A DNA stretch of 64,000 bases from NCBI GenBank assembly GCA_934122275.1, contig CAKOWI010000004.1, positions 12,830-76,829 of the forward strand, read 5' to 3'. The notes below the pieces were generated by a model, which had not been told where the DNA came from, searched no databases, and was given only the letters and a program-made list of their open reading frames with translations. The position numbers and the translations under genes were made by a program. Of the stretch, positions 57,828 to 64,000 are shown in pieces (within the stretch, counting starts at the first letter, position 1; each line of letters begins with the position of its first letter). This stretch comes from an uncultured Bacilli bacterium. Its GTDB lineage: Bacteria; Bacillota_I; Bacilli_A; RF39; UBA660.

Positions 57828-58488
57828 CTTCTAACTCCTTCCAATTAGGTAATAACTTAAATGATAACTTTTCTTTTGTAGTTGGATGAATAAATTCTAG
57901 TTTATATGCAAAAAGTTTTATTTGTTCTTTATTATCTTTACCATATAAAGAATCACCACATAAAGGAAATCCAATATTACTAAATTGAACTCTTATTTGA
58001 TGATGACGACCTGTTATTAAATTTATCTTAACAATTGTTCTATTATCATAGTATCCTATAACACTATAATATAGCTCTGACAATTTAGCTTTATCATGAT
58101 TCTTATCTACAACAAAGCTCTTTTTTAGCTTTTCATCTTTATACAAATAGTCAACTAATTTTCCACTTTTATTTTCTAAAATGCCAGATAAAGCTGCTAC
58201 ATAAGTTTTATTAAATTCATGATTTCTTATTTGTTCATTTAATCTTTTTGCGGCCTTTGAAGTCCTTGCAAACACCATTATTCCACCAACTGGCCTATCT
58301 AGTCTATGAACAAGACCTATATATACATTTCCTGGCTTTTTATCTTTATCTTTCACATACTTTTTTACAATTGTAAGTAAATCAAGATCACCTGTTATAT
58401 CGCTTTGAGATAAAATATTAGGCTTTTTCTCAACTACAATAATATGATTATCTTCATACAATACATTTAAATTATTCAACACTATCAC
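57802..58488 (-). CDS. RluA family pseudouridine synthase
   Basis: HRLDRPVGGIMVFA and GRHHQIRVQF motifs. No S4 domain. Confidence 0.88.
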   Translation of the reverse strand: MIVLNNLNVLYEDNHIIVVEKKPNILSQSDITGDLDLLTIVKKYVKDKDKKPGNVYIGLVHRLDRPVGGIMVFARTSKAAKRLNEQIRNHEFNKTYVAALSGILENKSGKLVDYLYKDEKLKKSFVVDKNHDKAKLSELYYSVIGYYDNRTIVKINLITGRHHQIRVQFSNIGFPLCGDSLYGKDNKEQIKLFAYKLEFIHPTTKEKLSFKLLPNWKELEDETIIHRL

Positions 58489-58501
58489 CTATTCAAAAAT
58501 T

Positions 58502-58780
58502 TTATTCATACATTATTTCAATTAAAGATGTATCTTCACCTAACTTATCTACAAAATCATTACCTAACTTTTCTTTTAACCTCTCAAATTTTTTTATAAA
58601 CTCTTCATATGGCAATAAAAATAAATCAAGAGATGATATTAACAAATCCTTTGCATAATATACACCATTATCAAGCAAGTATTTATTAATGTGATAAACA
58701 TTTTCAGCATCTATTTTCTTTATTGTTTCACTATCAAAATTTTCTTTTAATAATTTAATATCAATTTCATCTATATTCAT
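58502..58780 (-). CDS. Small helical protein, coupled to the upstream repeat protein
   Basis: 92 aa from MNIDEIDIK (RBS aaggag). TAAaATG junction with the upstream gene. Confidence 0.45.
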   Translation of the reverse strand: MNIDEIDIKLLKENFDSETIKKIDAENVYHINKYLLDNGVYYAKDLLISSLDLFLLPYEEFIKKFERLKEKLGNDFVDKLGEDTSLIEIMYE

Positions 58781-58781
58781 T

Positions 58782-60569
58782 TTATTTAATCTCCTTACCT
58801 TTCTCATAACCGTCAAAAGGATATTGATTCATTAATTTTTTTAAATCTATTCCAAACTGCTTCTTTAATACACCAGGTTGATAAGAAAAAATTCTATTTA
58901 GCTTATTATCTTCTACAAGTAAGCAATCATTATTAAGTAAATAATTTATTTTGGCATAGTTTTGACTTGGTGCTGCTAATAAAAAATTCGTTGTTAAATA
59001 ATCACTTATTCCATACTCTTCTGCCATCTTAAATTGTATTGGTAATTTAATAATCATTTGTTTACTTTGTGCAACAATAGACGAAGTTAGTAACTTTTTA
59101 TGTTTTTCTTCTTGCCAATATGGTAAAGCTAACAAAGTTCGAATATCTTTTAAATTACCATGAGCTAATACAGTTGAGGTAAATAATTCCGGATGATTTT
59201 TAAATTCTTCGCTTTGTAATATATCTTTAATCTCTTTTAGATTACCTTCGGCTAATACTGTTGAGGTAAATAATTCTGGATGGTTTTTGAATTCTTCACT
59301 TTGTAATATATCCTTTATTTCTTTTAGATTACCTTGGGCTAACACTTGAGATGTAAATAAATCCGGATGAGCTTTAAATTCTTCGCTTTGTAACATATCT
59401 TTGATTTCTTTCAAATCACCTCGAGCTAATACTTTTGAGGTGAATAATTCCGGATGATTTTTAAATTCATCGCTTTGTAATATATCTTTAATCTCTTTTA
59501 GATTACCTTCGGCTAATACTGTTGAGGTAAATAATTCTGGATGGTTTTTGAATTCTTCACTTGCTAATATATCTTTTATTTCTTTCAGATCACCTCGAGC
59601 TAATACTCTTGAGGTAAACAATTCTGGATGGGCTTTAAATTCTTCACTTTGTAATATATCCTTTATTTCTTTTAGGTTGCCGTGGGCTAATACTTCTGAA
59701 GTAAATAATTTTGGATAGTTCTTGAATTCTTCACTTTGCAATATATCCTTTATTTCTTTCAGATTGCCGTGAGCTAATACAGTTGAAGTAAATAATTCCG
59801 GATGAGCTTTAAATTCTTCACTTTGTAATATATCCTTTATTTCTTTTAGGTTGCCGTGGGCTAATACTTCTGAAGTAAATAATTTTGGATAGTTCTTGAA
59901 TTCTTCACTTTGCAATATATCCTTTATTTCTTTTAGATTGCCTTGGGCCAGTACTGTTGAAGTAAATAATTCCGGATGAGCTTTAAATTCTTCGCTTTGT
60001 AACATATCTTTTATTTCTTTTAGATTACCTCTGGATAATACAATTGAGGTAAATAATTCTGGATGGTTTTTAAATTCTTCGCTTTTTAGTATATCTTTAA
60101 TATCAGATATTTCATTTCTACCAACTGAAATAGATATTATATCTTTTTTCTTTATACATGGAATATTTAAATTTTCAATTGCTATTATCCTACTTGTTGG
60201 AATACTTAACACACTTACTGTTTTATTTATTATATCTACTCCATAATTAGTTAAAACGTAATTATATGTTTTAATTAATTCATCATTATCAGTACTTAAT
60301 ACATGTAAGCATTTTTCTACTTTATCAAAATTTACTTTTGATTTTTTTAAAAACCCAGCATTCTTTTTTATATTATCTACAGAATAATACATTACACTAG
60401 GACATTTTTCTATATTTTTTCTATCTATATGTAATTCGTTAATTAAGTAATCTAAAGTATCATCAATTTCTTGGTATTCTCCACGACTCAATAGTTGTTC
60501 ATTTAACGCTACATCAATATTTATATTATATTTTTTTAATAATTCTTCTAATTTATACTTTTCTATCAT
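58782..60569 (-). CDS. Tandem-repeat helical protein, mTERF-like motif pattern (11 x 29 aa)
   Basis: 595 aa. The repeat unit SEEFK[NA][HY]P[EKD]LFTSxVLAxG[ND]LKEIKDILQ spans aa 163-481. The flanking non-repeat regions show a similar about 30-aa P-x-h-h-x-x-S periodicity. Confidence 0.6.
   Translation of the reverse strand: MIEKYKLEELLKKYNINIDVALNEQLLSRGEYQEIDDTLDYLINELHIDRKNIEKCPSVMYYSVDNIKKNAGFLKKSKVNFDKVEKCLHVLSTDNDELIKTYNYVLTNYGVDIINKTVSVLSIPTSRIIAIENLNIPCIKKKDIISISVGRNEISDIKDILKSEEFKNHPELFTSIVLSRGNLKEIKDMLQSEEFKAHPELFTSTVLAQGNLKEIKDILQSEEFKNYPKLFTSEVLAHGNLKEIKDILQSEEFKAHPELFTSTVLAHGNLKEIKDILQSEEFKNYPKLFTSEVLAHGNLKEIKDILQSEEFKAHPELFTSRVLARGDLKEIKDILASEEFKNHPELFTSTVLAEGNLKEIKDILQSDEFKNHPELFTSKVLARGDLKEIKDMLQSEEFKAHPDLFTSQVLAQGNLKEIKDILQSEEFKNHPELFTSTVLAEGNLKEIKDILQSEEFKNHPELFTSTVLAHGNLKDIRTLLALPYWQEEKHKKLLTSSIVAQSKQMIIKLPIQFKMAEEYGISDYLTTNFLLAAPSQNYAKINYLLNNDCLLVEDNKLNRIFSYQPGVLKKQFGIDLKKLMNQYPFDGYEKGKEIK
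59127..60083. repeat. 87-bp tandem repeats x11 (coding), with a 174-bp higher-order duplication
   Basis: About 118 nt starting at 59642 are repeated exactly starting at 59816. Confidence 0.9.
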
Positions 60570-60581
60570 ATACTTAATCCT

Positions 60582-61448
60582 TTATTCATCTTCCCAAAGA
60601 CCATATATACCACAAGGTAAAACTAGTTTACTATTAGTCATAGGAAGACCAACTTCACCAGATGATATTTTTCCTTTGTGCTTTTTATTTACCGTAAGCA
60701 TTAAAATGTTTTCAAGTACTAAAGGAGAAAGACCTGTTGTATATGAATTAATTAAAAAGAATAATGGTTTATCGCTTAGTACATCTAAACATAATTTTAT
60801 AAGTTTATATAAGCTTTCTTCTATATTCCAAACCTCTCCATTAGAACCCCTTCCGAATGATGGTGGATCCATTACTATAGCATCATATTTATTGCCACGT
60901 CTTATTTCTCTTTCAACAAACTTAATACAATCATCAACAATAAATCTAACATACCTATCAGTTAGTTTTGATGACTCTATATTCTCTTTTGCCCAAGATA
61001 CCATTCCCTTAGACGAATCAACGTGAACTACATCTGCTCCAGCATAAGCACATGCAACAGTTGCTCCGCCTGTATAGGCAAATAAATTAAGAACCTTGAT
61101 TTTTCTGTTGCTATCTTTAATCTTCTTTATCATATAATCCCAGTTAACAGCCTGCTCTGGAAAAAGTCCAGTATGCTTAAAGCCCATTTGTTTAATGTTA
61201 AATACTAAATCTTTATACTTTATTTGCCAAGACTCTGGAATATCATTTACATTTTGCCAGTGTCCACCACCTTTGTTGCTCCTTATATATTTAGCATCTT
61301 GAAGTTTCCACTTTTCAGGAAATGATTTATCACTCCATATAATTTGTGGATCAGGTCTATTTAAAATATAATTTCCCCATCTTTCTAACTTCTTTCCGTC
61401 AGCCATGTCAATTATTTCATAATCTTTCCATTCTTCTGCTAGTCTCAA
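60582..61448 (-). CDS. Class I SAM-dependent methyltransferase (RlmI/RlmK-type catalytic domain)
   Basis: VLNLFAYTGGATVACAYAGA, HVDSS, IVMDPPSFGRG. Confidence 0.8.
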   Translation of the reverse strand: MRLAEEWKDYEIIDMADGKKLERWGNYILNRPDPQIIWSDKSFPEKWKLQDAKYIRSNKGGGHWQNVNDIPESWQIKYKDLVFNIKQMGFKHTGLFPEQAVNWDYMIKKIKDSNRKIKVLNLFAYTGGATVACAYAGADVVHVDSSKGMVSWAKENIESSKLTDRYVRFIVDDCIKFVEREIRRGNKYDAIVMDPPSFGRGSNGEVWNIEESLYKLIKLCLDVLSDKPLFFLINSYTTGLSPLVLENILMLTVNKKHKGKISSGEVGLPMTNSKLVLPCGIYGLWEDE

Positions 61449-61557
61449 AACTAATCACTCTCCTAAATGATGTAATATGCATCATATATATATCATATTA
61501 TAATACATATGACTAATTTTTAAAAGTATAATAGAAGCAAAAAAAATATGTAAAGCA

Positions 61558-62325
61558 TCATTTACATATTAAAAAATCATCTATATTATCACATATTAAT
61601 TTATCTGAAAATCTTTGATACAAATCATACTCTTCTTTGTTTTTTATTGTCCAACTAAATATAGGAATTTTCTTTCTTAATTTAACTATATAATTATCAT
61701 TTAAAGAATCTTTATTGCATGATATAAAATCTAATTTTAATATAGTATTAAATAATATCAGTTTAATTATATTATTCTTTAAAATATTAGCTTTTTTATC
61801 TAAACTACTATATATTATTCCTCGTTTAATTTTCTTTTTATTTATTCTAAACCACAAAATGGATAAAACATTAAAACTTTGAACATAAATTAATCCATTA
61901 TAATTGTCTATTATTTTACATAGTTCTTTTTCTAACTTACCATTAAATGACAAACTCTTTATTTCTATTATAATAGGTACACTACCATTAACTATATTTA
62001 ATACACTTTTTAGTAGTGGAATCTTTTGATTAGTGTTTGGAAAGCTATAGCTCAATAATTCACTATATGTACAGTTTTCTACTAATTTATTAACATTAAA
62101 AAGTCTTTTTAAACTAAAATCATGAAAAACAACAATTTTATTGTCTTTTGTAATATGAACATCAAGTTCTATAATACATTTATTTCTTATCGCTCTTTTA
62201 AATGCTAATATAGAATTTTCTGGAATATTCATTTTACTATTATGACATCCTCTATGTGCAATTATATTATGATTCACATAAATCACCAATACATTATATT
62301 GTTTAATTGCTAAAGAAATTATCAA
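61558..62325 (-). CDS. Glycerophosphodiester phosphodiesterase family protein
   Basis: IIAHRG...ENSILAFKRA...IELDVHITKDNKIVVFHD. The true start may be an internal non-ATG codon, because the ORF overlaps the upstream gene by 23 nt. Confidence 0.78.
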   Translation of the reverse strand: MIISLAIKQYNVLVIYVNHNIIAHRGCHNSKMNIPENSILAFKRAIRNKCIIELDVHITKDNKIVVFHDFSLKRLFNVNKLVENCTYSELLSYSFPNTNQKIPLLKSVLNIVNGSVPIIIEIKSLSFNGKLEKELCKIIDNYNGLIYVQSFNVLSILWFRINKKKIKRGIIYSSLDKKANILKNNIIKLILFNTILKLDFISCNKDSLNDNYIVKLRKKIPIFSWTIKNKEEYDLYQRFSDKLICDNIDDFLICK

Positions 62326-62971
62326 ATATTTTAGGAATACTTGAAATAAATATCATAACCTTACCTGTTTTTGGATTTTTTATATTAAGTTCATTCATAT
62401 GAAGCATCATCCTTTTTTGTTTATCCTTTTTTAAACCGTATTTCTTATCTCCTACAATTGGATGATTTATATCTTTCATATGTACCCTTATTTGGTTCTT
62501 CCTACCAGTTTTTATATTTATATTTAACATAGAAAAGTTTTTACATTCTTTAATTACCTTATATTCTGTAATAGCTAATTTACCATTTTTCTTATCACTG
62601 CTAGAATACATCATCATATTTTTATCCTCTTTCAAATATGACTTAATAGTACCTTTTTTATCATTTAAAATACCATTTACAACTGCTATATACCCTCTTT
62701 TTGTAGTAATTAAATCCCAATTATTTTGATATAAATATTTTATACTTTTACTTTTTGCAAACATAACAATACCAGATGTATCTCTATCCAATCTATTAAT
62801 AATAAATATCTTCGCTTTTGGATTACTTCTTTTTATATAATCCGAAACTTCATGATATAGTGTTTTCTCTTTTTCTTTAAGTGTTGAAATAGTTAATAAT
62901 CCAGCAGGTTTATCAACCACTATTATATTTTTATCTTCATATATTATGTTTAATTTTCTTTTTTTATTCAT
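62303..62971 (-). CDS. RluA family pseudouridine synthase
   Basis: INRLDRDTSGIVMFA and GRKNQIRVHM motifs. Confidence 0.88.
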   Translation of the reverse strand: MNKKRKLNIIYEDKNIIVVDKPAGLLTISTLKEKEKTLYHEVSDYIKRSNPKAKIFIINRLDRDTSGIVMFAKSKSIKYLYQNNWDLITTKRGYIAVVNGILNDKKGTIKSYLKEDKNMMMYSSSDKKNGKLAITEYKVIKECKNFSMLNINIKTGRKNQIRVHMKDINHPIVGDKKYGLKKDKQKRMMLHMNELNIKNPKTGKVMIFISSIPKIFDNFFSN

Positions 62972-63030
62972 AATTACCTCTATTCATAATATATCATTTG
63001 TAAAATAATCTGTAAAGAAAAAAATATAGG

Positions 63031-64000
63031 CTATGATAAATATTTATCCACTATATTTTTTAATTCCAACTCTAAATTATCTTTAGTAATTACGTCCTTA
63101 AATCCATCTTCTATATAATATTTTTTATATCTTTTTTGTTTAGTATTAACTACTACAATAACAGGTATATTAAATCCTTTTTCTTTTAATAAATTTAGAA
63201 TTTCTAGTGCAGATGAACTACCAACTCTATCATATAAAATTATTAAGTTATAATATTTATTTTTTTTAATTTCATTTATACAATCATTTTTCATCATTAC
63301 CTTTTTAATGTTTAAATTATAATTACTTAATATATTGCTAGCCTTATATAATTCTTCTTTATTGTCAGAAACAAGTAAAATCCTCTTTTTTCCATAAATA
63401 TCTGATGAATACTTTTCTAAACCATTAAATACATCATATTCTGATTGAAAATAATTCTGGTCTATTACTACAGTAAATATAGTTCCTCCATTTAATTTAC
63501 TTCTTATATTTAAACTTCCACCAAGTATTTTAAGTATCTTAACACTTATTTTTAAATCCACATCAAGTTTATTAAGCTTATTTATGTCATTATCATCAAG
63601 TTCACTATTATCTTCTAGAATTTCGTTTATTTTAGCTAAACTCATACCACTTCCACTGTCTTCTATTTCAATAATTAATCTTGCAACATCATATCTTACT
63701 ATTGCATCTATTTTAACTTTTATATATCCACTAGGAGTATTCTTAATGCAATCTATGATTATTGACATTAGCACTTGTTTTATTCTTATATAATCCCCAA
63801 TTAATTTATCAGGTACATTTTTACTAACGTTTATATTAAAACTAATATTTTTGTCATTGATATGATTTAGTGTCAATTTTTCTATCTCATCAAATAATAA
63901 TTTGGTGTTATAACTAATATCACTTATTTTGATTTTACTTGAATCCATTTTTGATATATCCAAAACATTATTTAATCTAAATAATATACTATTAGCATTA
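63031..64000 (-). CDS. Hybrid sensor histidine kinase / receiver protein, 5'-truncated by the window edge
   Basis: HATPase_c boxes EIEDSGSGMS and GGSLNIRSKLNGGTIFTV, then a receiver-like domain (RILLVSDN...LIILYD...). The frame stays open to position 64000. Confidence 0.7.
   Translation of the reverse strand, partial: NANSILFRLNNVLDISKMDSSKIKISDISYNTKLLFDEIEKLTLNHINDKNISFNINVSKNVPDKLIGDYIRIKQVLMSIIIDCIKNTPSGYIKVKIDAIVRYDVARLIIEIEDSGSGMSLAKINEILEDNSELDDNDINKLNKLDVDLKISVKILKILGGSLNIRSKLNGGTIFTVVIDQNYFQSEYDVFNGLEKYSSDIYGKKRILLVSDNKEELYKASNILSNYNLNIKKVMMKNDCINEIKKNKYYNLIILYDRVGSSSALEILNLLKEKGFNIPVIVVVNTKQKRYKKYYIEDGFKDVITKDNLELELKNIVDKYLS

Noticed and set aside
59127-60083. Regular 87-bp repeats considered as a possible CRISPR or other non-coding array.
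   Set aside because: The repeats are contiguous without spacers and lie in a single uninterrupted 595-codon reading frame, giving a coherent 29-aa protein repeat. No cas genes are present in the window.

Overview
Very AT-rich chromosomal segment (by eye about one quarter to one third G+C) from a low-GC Firmicute. It looks like an endospore former: spoVS, a SigE/SigK-type sigma factor and the dcw-cluster genes are present. About 60 protein genes lie almost entirely on the minus strand, plus two tRNAs. No rRNA or CRISPR array was seen.

Housekeeping backbone: pflB-pflA, mutM-polA, a P-type Ca-ATPase, mraZ-rsmH-ftsL-pbp2B, yidD, trmL, ftsY-ylxM, RNase J, ezrA, ppdK, a XerC/D-type recombinase, spoVS, two RluA pseudouridine synthases, a class I methyltransferase, a glycerophosphodiesterase and a partial hybrid histidine kinase.

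Non-routine content:
1. A 4.1-kb element carrying a large serine recombinase splits a DD-carboxypeptidase (dac) gene. Its junctions are clean enough to reconstruct both the intact gene and a symmetric attP (skin-like intervening element).
2. A stripped-down type VIIb-like secretion locus (EssC plus a YukD-like protein plus six small helical/WXG proteins) has no recognisable EssA, EssB or EsaA. It sits where ffh normally follows ylxM.
3. A 595-aa protein carries eleven near-identical 29-aa (87-bp) tandem repeats whose variation is concentrated at two positions four residues apart.
4. A short RlmN/Cfr-like radical SAM protein and a MUG/SMUG-like glycosylase sit next to two tRNA genes.
5. A Fic protein has an 11-bp tandem repeat array abutting its promoter.
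6. Several gene relics and degenerate paralogues are present.

All functional calls come from motif and architecture recognition by eye. No database search was run.
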